A stretch of DNA of 64,000 nucleotides from Elusimicrobiota bacterium (lineage in GTDB: Bacteria; CG03; SLGR01; JAGXOG01), in the NCBI GenBank assembly GCA_051745145.1, contig JBNJDT010000002.1, positions 32,602-96,601 on the forward strand. Direction: 5' to 3'. The first letter of the stretch is position 1, and each line of letters starts with the position of its first letter. Under the pieces are notes generated by a model, which did not search any database, was not told the DNA's origin, and was given only the letters and a program-made list of their open reading frames with translations. Both the position numbers and the translations under genes were made by a program. This document shows positions 11,166 through 21,537 of the stretch, piece by piece.

Positions 11166-11585
11166 TTAATTTTCCTTCTCTTTTACAGTGCGATATTCTT
11201 GATAAAATTTTTTTTCTATTTTATAAACATCAAACCGCATTTTTTTAAACTCATAAGCTGCAGCAGGTCCTATTAATTTCCCCATTTCTTCTAAAACCCT
11301 CAGTCCTTCCTTAACCCTGTTGAAACTGGCCCCGGGGATATCGGATTCGCGACTGCGACTACCTTCTTTTTTATCAGCCAGAATATCTTCCCCCGAATCC
11401 CGGCCCCTGATAATCTCCGGATATTTAGCTTTAACCGTCGACCACAGATTGTGTCTATTCTTTCTTAAATCTTTAGTTAAATCGGTGCTATTCATATAAA
11501 ATCGGGCCCAGTCCTCTATTACTCTGAGTCCTTCACCGACTCTATTTATATTGGCATCCAGAATTGCACGTTTTTTATTCAACAT
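11166..11585 (-). CDS. Stand-alone helical thiamine-biosynthesis protein (ThiD2 / N-terminal domain of cyanobacterial-type ThiE)
   Basis: ILDANINRVGEGLRVIEDWARF and RVKEGLRVLEE repeats; adjacent to thiC. Confidence 0.85.
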   Translation of the reverse strand: MLNKKRAILDANINRVGEGLRVIEDWARFYMNSTDLTKDLRKNRHNLWSTVKAKYPEIIRGRDSGEDILADKKEGSRSRESDIPGASFNRVKEGLRVLEEMGKLIGPAAAYEFKKMRFDVYKIEKKFYQEYRTVKEKEN

Positions 11586-12046
11586 AAAGTTTCTCTTATC
11601 TTTTCTATTATTGAAGTCGTAGAGTACCCGTATTTCATTTTTACTCTCCGGGTATCTTTAGCAATATTTTCGCCTACAATTTCCCCGTTTTTGTATTCGC
11701 CACCTTTTACCAAAACATCCGGTCTAATTTTTTTTATTATATTCAAAGGAGTGTCTTCACTAAAAATCATCACATAATCTACGGGTTTAAGGGAACTGAC
11801 TAGCTCAGCCCGGTCCCTCTCATTTAGAATGGGCCTATCTTGACCTTTTAACCGTTTTACAGAAGAGTCGCTGTTTAATCCGACTACCAGGAATTCCCCC
11901 ATAGCAGCCGCTTTTTTTAAAATATGAACGTGACCGGGATGAATAATGTCAAAACAACCGTTAGTAAAAACAATTTTTTTATTCTCTCTTACTTTATCAA
12001 GTTCTTTAGTAAAAATATCTATATCGGAAAATATTATATCGGACAT
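11579..12046 (-). CDS. rfaE2: D-glycero-beta-D-manno-heptose 1-phosphate adenylyltransferase
   Basis: VFTNGCFDIIHPGH, GLNSDSSV, LVKGG.Y, STT. Confidence 0.95.
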   Translation of the reverse strand: MSDIIFSDIDIFTKELDKVRENKKIVFTNGCFDIIHPGHVHILKKAAAMGEFLVVGLNSDSSVKRLKGQDRPILNERDRAELVSSLKPVDYVMIFSEDTPLNIIKKIRPDVLVKGGEYKNGEIVGENIAKDTRRVKMKYGYSTTSIIEKIRETLC

Positions 12047-12610
12047 TTAAGCTAATTTTTCTTCAACCAGATAGCATAAAATATGGCCTACCGTTATATG
12101 GCACTCCTGAATATGGGAAGTTACCGTAGTGGAAGGCGAAATTAAAATATCACCGAATTCATCCAGTTTGCCGGGGTTTTTCCCTTTTAAAACTATAACC
12201 GGCAGCCCCATTTTTTTTGCCTTTCCGGCTCCACGGACAACATTGGCGGAATTCCCCGAAGTTGATATAGCTATAACGAGATCCTTCTTTTTCCCCAGAG
12301 CTTCAAGCTGTCTTTCAAAAACAGTTTCAAAATTAAAGTCATTGCTTATAGCGGTAAGTTCACTGGTATTTGTGGTAAGGGCTATAGCCGGAAAGGGATT
12401 GCGTTTTTTTCTGAATTTAACTACTAATTCTGTGGCTATGTGCTGAGAATCAGCTGCCGATCCTCCGTTTCCGAAAATTATGACCTTTCCGCCGGCCTGA
12501 TAGGTACTGATAATTTTTTGAGCTGCTTTTTCTATCTCAGGAATTTCTGTTTTTAAAGCCTGTATTTTAGAAGCTGCTTTCCCTATATAACTTTTTATAT
12601 CGTTTTCCAT
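12047..12610 (-). CDS. gmhA: Phosphoheptose isomerase
   Basis: GNGGSAADSQH, ISTSGNS, IQECH. Confidence 0.95.
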   Translation of the reverse strand: MENDIKSYIGKAASKIQALKTEIPEIEKAAQKIISTYQAGGKVIIFGNGGSAADSQHIATELVVKFRKKRNPFPAIALTTNTSELTAISNDFNFETVFERQLEALGKKKDLVIAISTSGNSANVVRGAGKAKKMGLPVIVLKGKNPGKLDEFGDILISPSTTVTSHIQECHITVGHILCYLVEEKLA

Positions 12611-13953
12611 TACCCTATTCCCAGTTCATCATGTACAAAGTGAGTATCATAGGTCCCATTTATAAAATTTTCATTATTCATTACTAATTTATTGAAATCT
12701 ATAGTGGTATTCACGCCCTCTATATCAAATTCATCCAGAGCTCTTTTCGTGCGCAGTATAGTCTCCTTACGATTTTTACCATGCACTATAAGTTTAGCGA
12801 GCATAGAATCATAAAAGGCCGGAATTTTATAATTCTGATGAATAGCAGTATCTATTCTGATACCCGGTCCTCCGGGTAAATTAAATAAACTTATTGTACC
12901 AAGCGACGGCGCAAAATTATTTTTATAATCTTCAGAATTTATTCTGCATTCGATTGCATGGCCATAGGGTTTCAATCTCTTGCGCATATCAAGTTCTTCA
13001 CCGGCGGCAAGCTTTATCTGTTCTTTTACCAGGTCTACTCCGGTAACTGCCTCGGAAACAGGATGCTCTACCTGTATCCGGGTATTCATTTCCATAAAAT
13101 AGAAATTGTCGTCGTTATCCAATAAAAACTCAACAGTTCCCACTGTCGTATAGTCAATGGCCTTTGCTGCCCGGATAGAAGCTTTCCCCATGCGTTTCCT
13201 TATTTTTGAACTCACCGCCGGAGATGGGGACTCTTCTATAAGTTTTTGATGTTTTCGTTGAATAGAACATTCTCTTTCGGGAAAATATACTATATTACCT
13301 TTTTTATCGGCCATTATCTGAATTTCTATATGGTGGGGCTGCTCTATGTATTTTTCTAAATATATTCCTTCGTTCCCGAAAGCGGCCTTTGCTTCCTGTT
13401 TAGCCTCGGAAAATGTTTTTCTCAATGCCTCTTCTTTTTTTACTATTCTCATGCCTTTGCCCCCGCCCCCGGCAACGGCTTTAAGAATAACCGGATAACC
13501 TATTTTTTGGGCTATCTTTGCAGCTTTTTCCACCTTTTTTATAACTTCTGTACTTCCCGGAATTATGGGCACGCCCTGATCATCCATAAGCTTTCTGGCT
13601 CTGGCTTTTTCTCCCATACTCAATATTGCTTTACTGGACGGCCCGATGAATTTTATATTACAGGTTTCACATATTTCCGCAAAATGGGAGTTCTCCGCTA
13701 AAAAACCATATCCGGGATGAATAGCATCGGCCTTACTGATCTGGGCCGCACTTACTATGTTGGCCATATTTAAATAACTTTCAGAAGCCGGATCCTCTCC
13801 CACACATACACTTTCATCGGCATTACGCGTGGCAAAGGAATCACCATCGACCTGAGAATGTATAACTACCGTTTTTATACCTAATTCTTTGCAGGCCCTA
13901 ATTATTCTCAGAGCTATCTCCCCCCGGTTTGCAATTAGTATTTTTTTAAACAA
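12610..13953 (-). CDS. accC: Biotin carboxylase
   Basis: ILIANRGEIA, HPGYGFLAEN, EMNTRIQVEH, YDSMLAKL; TTG start. Confidence 0.97.
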   Translation of the reverse strand: MFKKILIANRGEIALRIIRACKELGIKTVVIHSQVDGDSFATRNADESVCVGEDPASESYLNMANIVSAAQISKADAIHPGYGFLAENSHFAEICETCNIKFIGPSSKAILSMGEKARARKLMDDQGVPIIPGSTEVIKKVEKAAKIAQKIGYPVILKAVAGGGGKGMRIVKKEEALRKTFSEAKQEAKAAFGNEGIYLEKYIEQPHHIEIQIMADKKGNIVYFPERECSIQRKHQKLIEESPSPAVSSKIRKRMGKASIRAAKAIDYTTVGTVEFLLDNDDNFYFMEMNTRIQVEHPVSEAVTGVDLVKEQIKLAAGEELDMRKRLKPYGHAIECRINSEDYKNNFAPSLGTISLFNLPGGPGIRIDTAIHQNYKIPAFYDSMLAKLIVHGKNRKETILRTKRALDEFDIEGVNTTIDFNKLVMNNENFINGTYDTHFVHDELGIG

Positions 13954-13981
13954 AACTCATTCTCTCCTTCATTATATTTAA

Positions 13982-14473
13982 CTAATCTTTTTTCTCTATT
14001 TCAAACAGTTTCTGACCAAATTCCACGGGTTGAGTATTTTTTATAAACTTTTTCTTTATCTTTCCGCTGACCGGGGATATTATATCTTTTAATATACTCA
14101 TTGATTCTACCACACCAAGTTTTTGCCCCTGGGATACTTTCTTACCCACCTTGGATAATACTTTCTTAGAAGATGGTACGCGATCTCTAAAAATCCCGAC
14201 AGATTGAGATTTTACTTCTACGATATTCTTTCTTTTTTCAGCAGCTCGCTCTTTTTGGGTTTTCTTTTTCTTATCCTCTACCTCTTTTTTAGTTTTTTCG
14301 CGGTGTTCTTCGACTTCTTTTTCAATCTCTCTGTCTTTTATGCGTCGTGTAACACCGATATTTAAACCCTCTCTTCCATAATAAATGCGACGGATATCGG
14401 TGCCCTCAATAGCTTTCAGCATCTTCTCTATTCTTTTTAAACCGGTTTTATATTTCATTTTAACTTCCTTCAA
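13982..14473 (-). CDS. accB: Biotin carboxyl carrier-like protein lacking the biotinylated Lys
   Basis: Between efp and accC; C-terminal biotinyl fold (VGIF...GQKLGVVESMSI...SPVSG...VEFGQKLF). Start may be the second Met (MKYK). Confidence 0.8.
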   Translation of the reverse strand: MKEVKMKYKTGLKRIEKMLKAIEGTDIRRIYYGREGLNIGVTRRIKDREIEKEVEEHREKTKKEVEDKKKKTQKERAAEKRKNIVEVKSQSVGIFRDRVPSSKKVLSKVGKKVSQGQKLGVVESMSILKDIISPVSGKIKKKFIKNTQPVEFGQKLFEIEKKD

Positions 14474-14515
14474 ATTTATTCACAGATACAACTCAATCAA
14501 AACAAAAAACAATAC

Positions 14516-15085
14516 TTAATCCACCCTGGAAACATATTCCCCGCTACGGGTATCAATTAAAATTTCTTCGCCCCGTTCAATAAAAAGCGGCACCTCCGTT
14601 ACCAGACCTGTCTCTAAAGTTGCTTTTTTAGTACCCCCGCTTACCGTATTCCCCTTAACCCCGGGGGGAGTCTCCACTACTTTCATAGTAACTTTCGGAG
14701 GTAATTCAATATCCAGCACCTGTCCCTCAAATATTAACAGAACTACATTTTCACCTTCCACCAGAAAATTTTTCTTCTCCCCTACTTTATCCGCGGGGAC
14801 CTGCATCTGGGTATAATCCTGCGCATCCATAAAATAATAAAAATTATCATTATAGTAAAGAAATTGTTTCTCTTCTTTTTTTACTATGACCTGTTCTACT
14901 TCCCGGGTAGCTCTGTAATTTTTTTCTTTTATTTTATCCGTCTGCACATCTCTCATTCTAATTCGCATAAAAGCTCCCCCCTTTCCAGGTTTACGGTGCT
15001 GAAACCACTCCACACTGTTTATAGAACCGTCTACCATAAGATACATCTTATTTGTTATCTTGTTTACCGATATTTTCCGCTTAAT
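14516..15085 (-). CDS. efp: Elongation factor P
   Basis: KPGKGGAF, PGVKGNT, VPLFI..GE, DTRSGEY motifs. Start proposed at ATT 15085; first ATG is 15046. Confidence 0.95.
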   Translation of the reverse strand: MKRKISVNKITNKMYLMVDGSINSVEWFQHRKPGKGGAFMRIRMRDVQTDKIKEKNYRATREVEQVIVKKEEKQFLYYNDNFYYFMDAQDYTQMQVPADKVGEKKNFLVEGENVVLLIFEGQVLDIELPPKVTMKVVETPPGVKGNTVSGGTKKATLETGLVTEVPLFIERGEEILIDTRSGEYVSRVD

Positions 15086-16107
15086 AACTGGCTACCTCCT
15101 CTGGTTATCAAATACATATCTTCCAATCTCATTCCTCCTGCCCCGGGAATATAAATACCGGGTTCAACTGTCAGCACCATACCCTCTTTAAGTATTTCAT
15201 CTCCGGATGGTTTTAAGTAAGGTCTTTCATGAACTTCTATTCCCACGCCATGACCCAGACCGTGATTAAACCACCTGCCCATTTTAAAAGATTTTAGCAC
15301 ATCCATAGCAGTATTATAAATTTCAGCGCACTCTATACCCGGTTTTAGTTTTTCGACCGCTGCTTTTTTCGCTTTACTTAATTTATCAAATAAATCTTCA
15401 GAATTAAAATCTTTCCACAACTTATCCAAAATAAAAGTTCTTGTCAAGTCGGAACAGTAACCTTTGTATTTCAGACCGGCATCTATTTTAAGCCAGCCGC
15501 GGTTTATTTTTGTGGCATCCGGTAGATGATGGGGGCAAGCAGAATTTTTACCGGCCGCTACCACAGGAGTAAACGAAGGACCAGTAAAATTTTCCTGCCA
15601 CATCTTAGAAGTTAACCAGCCGGTTAACTCAATTTCCGTACTACCTCTACAGATATCCGTATCCAATGTTTCCATAATAACATTCATTTTTTGCGCGGCT
15701 GTTTTTATCTTTTCTATTTCTCCGGCATCCTTTACTACCCGGTATCTGGATACTATATCTTTTTTAAGTATTATATCTTTGGAAAGCTCTTTTATCTTAC
15801 GGAACTGATTAAAAGAAATATTATTTTTATCTACTGCCACTTTACAGTCTTTTAATATTTTAAATATATTTTTCCAGGGTAATCCAAAACGATAAGTGAT
15901 GCAGTTTATTCCATCCAGTTTATTTTTTACTTCTTCGGCAACGACCTGAGAAACGTAACAATAAATTTTATCACCGGAAATCAGCAGTAAAGAAGGACCG
16001 CGAGCACCGGTAAGATAAAAAATATCCGCCGGGTTATAAATAACAGCAGCATCAACAGATATACTTTCCAGCCAGTCAGTTATTCTCTTTAATCTTTTCC
16101 CAGACAT
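15064..16107 (-). CDS. Xaa-Pro aminopeptidase (M24 family)
   Basis: GYCSDLTRT, HGLGHGVGIEVHE, TVEPGIY, GMRLED. Confidence 0.93.
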   Translation of the reverse strand: MSGKRLKRITDWLESISVDAAVIYNPADIFYLTGARGPSLLLISGDKIYCYVSQVVAEEVKNKLDGINCITYRFGLPWKNIFKILKDCKVAVDKNNISFNQFRKIKELSKDIILKKDIVSRYRVVKDAGEIEKIKTAAQKMNVIMETLDTDICRGSTEIELTGWLTSKMWQENFTGPSFTPVVAAGKNSACPHHLPDATKINRGWLKIDAGLKYKGYCSDLTRTFILDKLWKDFNSEDLFDKLSKAKKAAVEKLKPGIECAEIYNTAMDVLKSFKMGRWFNHGLGHGVGIEVHERPYLKPSGDEILKEGMVLTVEPGIYIPGAGGMRLEDMYLITRGGSQLLSGKYR

Positions 16108-16150
16108 CTATTTTATATTCTTTTAGATCGGACTTATCGATAAAAGAAGG

Positions 16151-16576
16151 TTATCCGCCGGCCAGATAATCAAGAGCCAGTATATAACCTTTGCTACCCA
16201 GCCCGCTGATTACGCCCGTAGCCTGAGAGGCAGTAAGCGATTTTTGCCGGAATTCTTCCCTTCCCAGTATATTGGAAAGATGGACCTCTATTATATCACC
16301 TTCAAACATCTCCAGAGAATCTCTCAAAGCTACACTTGTATGAGTAAACGCCGCAGGATTTATTATGAGGGACCGGGCCTGGCTGCCGTTAATTTTTTCT
16401 ACTATATCTCCCTCGCTGCTGGACTGGAAAAATTCCACACTGACTCCCAGTTTTTCTGCCCGGCTAGTAATTTTTTTATTTATATCATCCAGGGTTTCTT
16501 TTCCATATATTTTCTCATCCCGCTTGCCCAGTTTATCCATATTGGGCCCGTTTATAACCAGTATTTTCTCAGACAT
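16151..16576 (-). CDS. aroQ: Type II 3-dehydroquinate dehydratase
   Basis: INGPN..LG.R...YG, INPAAFTHTS, EVHLSN; start at SD-supported ATG 16576. Confidence 0.96.
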   Translation of the reverse strand: MSEKILVINGPNMDKLGKRDEKIYGKETLDDINKKITSRAEKLGVSVEFFQSSSEGDIVEKINGSQARSLIINPAAFTHTSVALRDSLEMFEGDIIEVHLSNILGREEFRQKSLTASQATGVISGLGSKGYILALDYLAGG

Positions 16577-16610
16577 AATTTTCTCCTGCTGCAATTTTAT
16601 TTTACTGTCA

Positions 16611-17351
16611 TTATTTATCTTTACTCTTGTCCATAAGCGATTTAAAAAGCTCTATAGGTATAGGAAAAAGAGTAGTTGAATTATTTTCAGTAGCTATTTC
16701 CGTAAGAGTTCTTAAAAATCTAAGCTGTATGCCAACCGGATTTTGAGAAAGTACTTTAGCTGCTTCGTTGATTTTCTCAGATGCCTGAAATTCACCTTCG
16801 GCATTTATTATTTTAGCTCTTCTATCCCTTTCTGCTTCTGCCTGGGCGGCAATTGAACGCTGCATATTTTCGGGTACCTCAACATCCTTTATTTCTACCA
16901 TAGAAACTTTTATACCCCACGGATCGGTAGCTTTATCTATTACTCCCTGAAGTTTTTTATTTAATTTTTCTCTTTCAGAAAGTACTTCGTCAAGTTCGGC
17001 TTCTCCTACTACACTCCTTAATGTTGTCTGGGATACCTGAGAAGTAGCCATACCATAATTCTGTACTTCCACTATGGCTTTGGAAGGATCCATAACCCTG
17101 AAATAACATACTGCATTTACGCTTACCGGTACATTATCCCGGGTAATTACTTCCTGAACCGGAATATCCAGAACTATAGTTCTCAAAGATACTTTTCGCA
17201 TTTTATCCACTATGGGGATAATAAAAAAGAGTCCCGGTCCTTTGGCCCCTACCAATCTTCCCAATCTGAATATAACACCTCTTTCATACTCATCCACAAT
17301 CCTGATTGCCGAGATTAATATTACGGCAATTACAATAATTGCTACTACCAT
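16611..17351 (-). CDS. Stomatin-like SPFH (slipin) protein
   Basis: [29 protein letters not shown]; paired with NfeD. Confidence 0.95.
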   Translation of the reverse strand: MVVAIIVIAVILISAIRIVDEYERGVIFRLGRLVGAKGPGLFFIIPIVDKMRKVSLRTIVLDIPVQEVITRDNVPVSVNAVCYFRVMDPSKAIVEVQNYGMATSQVSQTTLRSVVGEAELDEVLSEREKLNKKLQGVIDKATDPWGIKVSMVEIKDVEVPENMQRSIAAQAEAERDRRAKIINAEGEFQASEKINEAAKVLSQNPVGIQLRFLRTLTEIATENNSTTLFPIPIELFKSLMDKSKDK

Positions 17352-17454
17352 TTACTGCCTCCCTTGTCTTCTTCAAACAATTTAATCTCTCTAACCTGAA
17401 TAATCCTGCATATTACCGTTATTAATAAATATAGACAACAGTTTATTCTTTTTA

Positions 17455-18756
17455 TTACATATCTTTTTTCTCAACCAACAACCTGTTCCCCTTTGTCTCT
17501 ACTATTTTTACTTTCGATTCTTTTTGTATATTTCCGCTTACGCTCCGGGCATCCCAGAATTCTCCGCGCACATAAATTTTACCATCGGGATTTAAATCCT
17601 CTTCGACATCTCCGGTAAGACCTATCATCCCTTCTTTGCCGGTAGTAACTTTTTTGCCCTGTATGTGGATACCGGAACTTACGGCAAATACAAAGAACAG
17701 CCCCGTAGTCACCGTGGCCCCAATAATAAGTTCAGGAGAAATATCCAGGGGAAGTTCTTTCACATCATATAAAGTTAACGAACCAACAAGAAAACTTACC
17801 AACCCCCCTGTTGTAAGAATACCGTAGGACGGTACCCAGATATCTAAAAGCATAAGAACTACCCCAAAAATAATCAACAGTATACCGACAGTATTAATAG
17901 GTAACATCTGAAAAGAGAGCGCCGCCAGTAAAAGGGCAACTCCGCCCACTACAATACCCAATTCTATACCGGGATTGCTGAATTCATATATTAAACCGTA
18001 TATCCCCAGGACCAGTAAAATATACGCAAAATTAGGATCAGCTATGTAATTTAAAAATTTTCTAAACGGACTCATATCCACATTTCGGGTGCCCCCTTCA
18101 AAGGTAATTGTATAAACCCTATCGTTTTTCTCCACTTTGACACCTTCAATCCGGTCTTTTAACTCTCCAAATCCCCCCACCTCATAATCGATAACTTCTT
18201 TTTCAAGTGCTTCTGTGGAAGTAATACTTAAACTCTGGGTAACCGCCTTTTGAGCCCAACCGGCATTTCGCCCGTGTTTTTCGGCCAGAGCCTTTATATA
18301 CGCCCGGGCATCCTGAGACATCTTTTCCGATTGCTCCTTGGAAATTTCCTGTCCCCCCATCTTCACAGGATGGGCCGCTCCTATATTTGTACCCCTGGCC
18401 ATTGCCGCTATATCGGAACTCATAGTTATAAAAACCCCGGCAGAAGCCGCCCGGGCTCCCGACGGTCCCACGTAGACTATAACCGGATACTCACTTGCCT
18501 CTATCTCTTTAATTATATCTCTCATAGAGCTCATTAAGCCGCCGGGGGTATCCATCTTAATTATAACGGAATTGGCCCCGGAACCGGCACTTTTTAGTTG
18601 TTCCGTTAAATATTGTGCGGATACAGGATTTACGGTTCCCTCTAATTTTAAAACATGTACCGGACCTGGATCTTTATCTTTTCCTTGAGCAATTTCGCCA
18701 AAGAAAAAGAATACCAAAAATATTATTATAAATCTTTTAATCAACTTTAATTTCAT
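17455..18756 (-). CDS. nfeD: NfeD family membrane serine protease (long form)
   Basis: DTPGGL, AASAG, IGAAHPV, TM block, C-terminal GEFWDA OB fold. Confidence 0.93.
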   Translation of the reverse strand: MKLKLIKRFIIIFLVFFFFGEIAQGKDKDPGPVHVLKLEGTVNPVSAQYLTEQLKSAGSGANSVIIKMDTPGGLMSSMRDIIKEIEASEYPVIVYVGPSGARAASAGVFITMSSDIAAMARGTNIGAAHPVKMGGQEISKEQSEKMSQDARAYIKALAEKHGRNAGWAQKAVTQSLSITSTEALEKEVIDYEVGGFGELKDRIEGVKVEKNDRVYTITFEGGTRNVDMSPFRKFLNYIADPNFAYILLVLGIYGLIYEFSNPGIELGIVVGGVALLLAALSFQMLPINTVGILLIIFGVVLMLLDIWVPSYGILTTGGLVSFLVGSLTLYDVKELPLDISPELIIGATVTTGLFFVFAVSSGIHIQGKKVTTGKEGMIGLTGDVEEDLNPDGKIYVRGEFWDARSVSGNIQKESKVKIVETKGNRLLVEKKDM

Positions 18757-19822
18757 CTATTACCTCTTTAAGCAGCGCTTCTTCTACTACTATGCCCGGT
18801 TCCACATCACCCGCTTTGCGGGGAAGAACAAACTCTATTTTTTCTTTTCTTGTCTTTTTATCCAGATACATAGTTTCTATTAACTTTTCCGCAGCTATAT
18901 CCCGGGAAATGGCACAGGGCAATCCGTAAATTTGTAAAATTTCTTTTAATCGCGCCGAAAGCGGTTCCTCGGCAAACCCCATCCGTTCAGCTAAACGGGC
19001 TGCCACAATCATGCCTATAGCTACGCCCTCGCCGTGTTTTAAATTGCCATAACCACTTAAAACCTCCAAACCGTGGCCGGCAGTATGCCCTAAGTTTAAA
19101 ACTCTCCTGAGATCTGCTTCTTTCTCATCCCGGACGGTAATTTTCCCTTTTATCTTCACGCATTTTGAAATCATAACTTCAAGCTCTTCCTGTTGAAGAT
19201 TTTTTATTGCTTCACTGTTATCTTTCAAAAAATTTAAAAATCTATTGCTGTCAATCACCGCATGTTTTATAACTTCCGCCATTCCCGACGTAAATTCTCT
19301 TTTTTCAAGAGTATTTAAAAGATTTACATCTATGTGAACATAAAGGGGTTGATAAAAAGTTCCCACCAAATTTTTTCCAGTTTTAAGATTTACTCCTGTT
19401 TTCCCCCCGACAGAACTGTCCACCTGAGCTACCAGGGAAGTAGGAATATTTAAAAATGGAAGTCCTCTTAAGTAAGTAGAAGCAGCAAAGCCTGCTATAT
19501 CTCCCACGACTCCACCGCCAAAAGCTATAACCGGGGTAAACCGTTCCAGCCTTTTATCACTCATCTCTTTAAATATATTTTTAACCGTGTTTAAATTTTT
19601 AAATTCTTCCCCGTCTTTCAGCACTATTTTGCGGCAATCTAAATCCGCCCTGTTAAACATACCGTCGAGACGATCACCGTATATGTTTTCCAGAGTATCA
19701 TTAGTTATCAGACAAACTTTTTTTCTATCGGTCAAGTTTTTAAACTCATCAATAAAATTTTCCAGATCTTCACCTATTTTGACCGAATACGGATGGTGGG
19801 GTATATCTACATTAATTAACAT
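18737..19822 (-). CDS. aroB: 3-dehydroquinate synthase
   Basis: GGGVVGD, DSSVGGKTG, KNLVG.F, LNLGHT.GH; likely start MLINV. Confidence 0.96.
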   Translation of the reverse strand: MLINVDIPHHPYSVKIGEDLENFIDEFKNLTDRKKVCLITNDTLENIYGDRLDGMFNRADLDCRKIVLKDGEEFKNLNTVKNIFKEMSDKRLERFTPVIAFGGGVVGDIAGFAASTYLRGLPFLNIPTSLVAQVDSSVGGKTGVNLKTGKNLVGTFYQPLYVHIDVNLLNTLEKREFTSGMAEVIKHAVIDSNRFLNFLKDNSEAIKNLQQEELEVMISKCVKIKGKITVRDEKEADLRRVLNLGHTAGHGLEVLSGYGNLKHGEGVAIGMIVAARLAERMGFAEEPLSARLKEILQIYGLPCAISRDIAAEKLIETMYLDKKTRKEKIEFVLPRKAGDVEPGIVVEEALLKEVIDEIKVD

Positions 19823-20345
19823 TATCTTTAATAAATCCCTTAATCTCTTCAACTACTTCCCGTATATTTTTATCACGCGTATCCACAGCATAATGACATC
19901 TTTTATAATAGCCGGCCCGTTTTTTTAACAATTCTTCCAGCTTTTTTTCCGGATCGGCAACCTTTAAGAGGGGCCTGTTATCTTCCCTTTTAAGTCTCTG
20001 ATATAAAGTTGCGGCATCCGCTTTTAAGCAGATTATATAGGAATTTTTTTCTAACTCATCCATATTTTCAGAATTTTTAACTACCCCGCCTCCGGTAGCA
20101 ATCACATGCTTATCAAGTAAGCTTACGCATTTAACGGCTTTTTTCTCCAGTTCCCTGAAGCTTTTTTCACCGTCTTTTTCAAAAATCTCATTTATGCTGT
20201 AACCCACGTCTTTTTCTATCATTTCATCCGTATCTATATAATGATAACCAAGTTCTTCGGCAAGCTTTTTACCCACTACGGTTTTTCCCGACCCCATCAT
20301 ACCTGTCAATACTATATTCAAAAAATCGACCTTCCTCTCTGTCAA
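19812..20345 (-). CDS. aroK: Shikimate kinase
   Basis: GMMGSGKT, GE..FR..E, ATGGG, RPLL; true start may be TTG at 20321. Confidence 0.96.
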   Translation of the reverse strand: MTERKVDFLNIVLTGMMGSGKTVVGKKLAEELGYHYIDTDEMIEKDVGYSINEIFEKDGEKSFRELEKKAVKCVSLLDKHVIATGGGVVKNSENMDELEKNSYIICLKADAATLYQRLKREDNRPLLKVADPEKKLEELLKKRAGYYKRCHYAVDTRDKNIREVVEEIKGFIKDNVN

Positions 20346-20373
20346 ATATTATTTAAATTTCACCGCATCCAAA

Positions 20374-21537
20374 TTAATATTCGGAAATCTGTCTCAAATA
20401 ATTTTTGTAATTTCTTTGCATCTCGTTAAAAGAATCACCACCGGTTTTAGATTTTAAAGCCTTACTTATTTCTAAAGCTACGGCAGCTTCCCCTACTACA
20501 CCGGCAGCGGGCACCGCGCATACATCGGATCTAACTTTAGCGGACTTAATTTCCCGTTTCGTTTTCATATCCACTGAAGCCAGAGGCTTCCTTAGAGAAC
20601 TTATCGGTTTCATTACGGCATTAAAAATTAAATTTTCTCCGTTGGACATTCCTCCTTCAAAACCGCCGGCATTATTACTGGTCCGGTAAAATTCCTTTTT
20701 ATCAGTATTATATTTTATCTCATCGTGAACTTTAGAACCTCGCATTTTAGCCATATCAAAGCCCCTGCCCGTTTCCACCCCTTTTATGGCCTGAATAGAC
20801 ATCAAAGCCTGAGCTATTTTGCCGTCTAGTTTTAAATCCCACTGGGTATGGGATCCTAAACCCGGGGGAAGGCCCTCAACTACTACGGAAAATACTCCCC
20901 CTACAGTATCACCTGCCTCTTTAGCTTTTTCTATCTCTTCTATCATCTTAGCTTCAGCTTCTTTATCAATACACCTTAGCGGTGAATCCTCAGTTGCAGC
21001 CGGTATATCCCGGGGGCTAATATTAATCGCTTCGGTTTTAACTTTCCCTATCTGTTTTGTAAAACTCACGACATCTATCTTTAAATCATTGAGAAGCTTT
21101 TTAGCTACCGCTCCGGCCGCGACCCGCGCGGCAGTCTCCCGGGCTGACGCACGCTCTAAGATATCTCTCATATCATTTCTATTATATTTTAGCACTCCGG
21201 CAAGATCGGCATGGCCGGGTCTGGGTTCAGTAAGTATTTCATCCCGGTTTAAATTAATTTTATCGACCGACATCGTCTCTTTCCAGTTAGGCCAGTCCCG
21301 GTTTTTAACTACCATACATATCGGGGAGCCTATCGTTTCGCCCAATCTTACACCGGAAGTAATCTCAACTTTATCTTTTTCAATTTCCATTCTTTTACCC
21401 CGGCCGTACCCCTTCTGCCGGCGGGCAAGTTCTTTATTTATATATGCCGGTGTTATTTTCAAACCGGCGGGTATTCCTTCTAGTATAACTGTAACACTTT
21501 TACCGTGTGATTCTCCGGCAGTATAATATCTAATCAT
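20374..21537 (-). CDS. aroC: Chorismate synthase
   Basis: TAGESHG, PRPGHAD, ERASARETA, NNAGGFEGG. Confidence 0.98.
   Translation of the reverse strand: MIRYYTAGESHGKSVTVILEGIPAGLKITPAYINKELARRQKGYGRGKRMEIEKDKVEITSGVRLGETIGSPICMVVKNRDWPNWKETMSVDKINLNRDEILTEPRPGHADLAGVLKYNRNDMRDILERASARETAARVAAGAVAKKLLNDLKIDVVSFTKQIGKVKTEAINISPRDIPAATEDSPLRCIDKEAEAKMIEEIEKAKEAGDTVGGVFSVVVEGLPPGLGSHTQWDLKLDGKIAQALMSIQAIKGVETGRGFDMAKMRGSKVHDEIKYNTDKKEFYRTSNNAGGFEGGMSNGENLIFNAVMKPISSLRKPLASVDMKTKREIKSAKVRSDVCAVPAAGVVGEAAVALEISKALKSKTGGDSFNEMQRNYKNYLRQISEY

Noticed and set aside
13945-13970. Mini-ORF ATG AGT TTT GTT TAA overlapping the accC start
   Set aside because: The in-frame TTG has acceptable SD spacing; nothing supports a regulatory peptide.
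16108-16150. Hairpin between aroQ and the peptidase gene as a terminator
   Set aside because: AT-rich imperfect stem without a clear U-tract.
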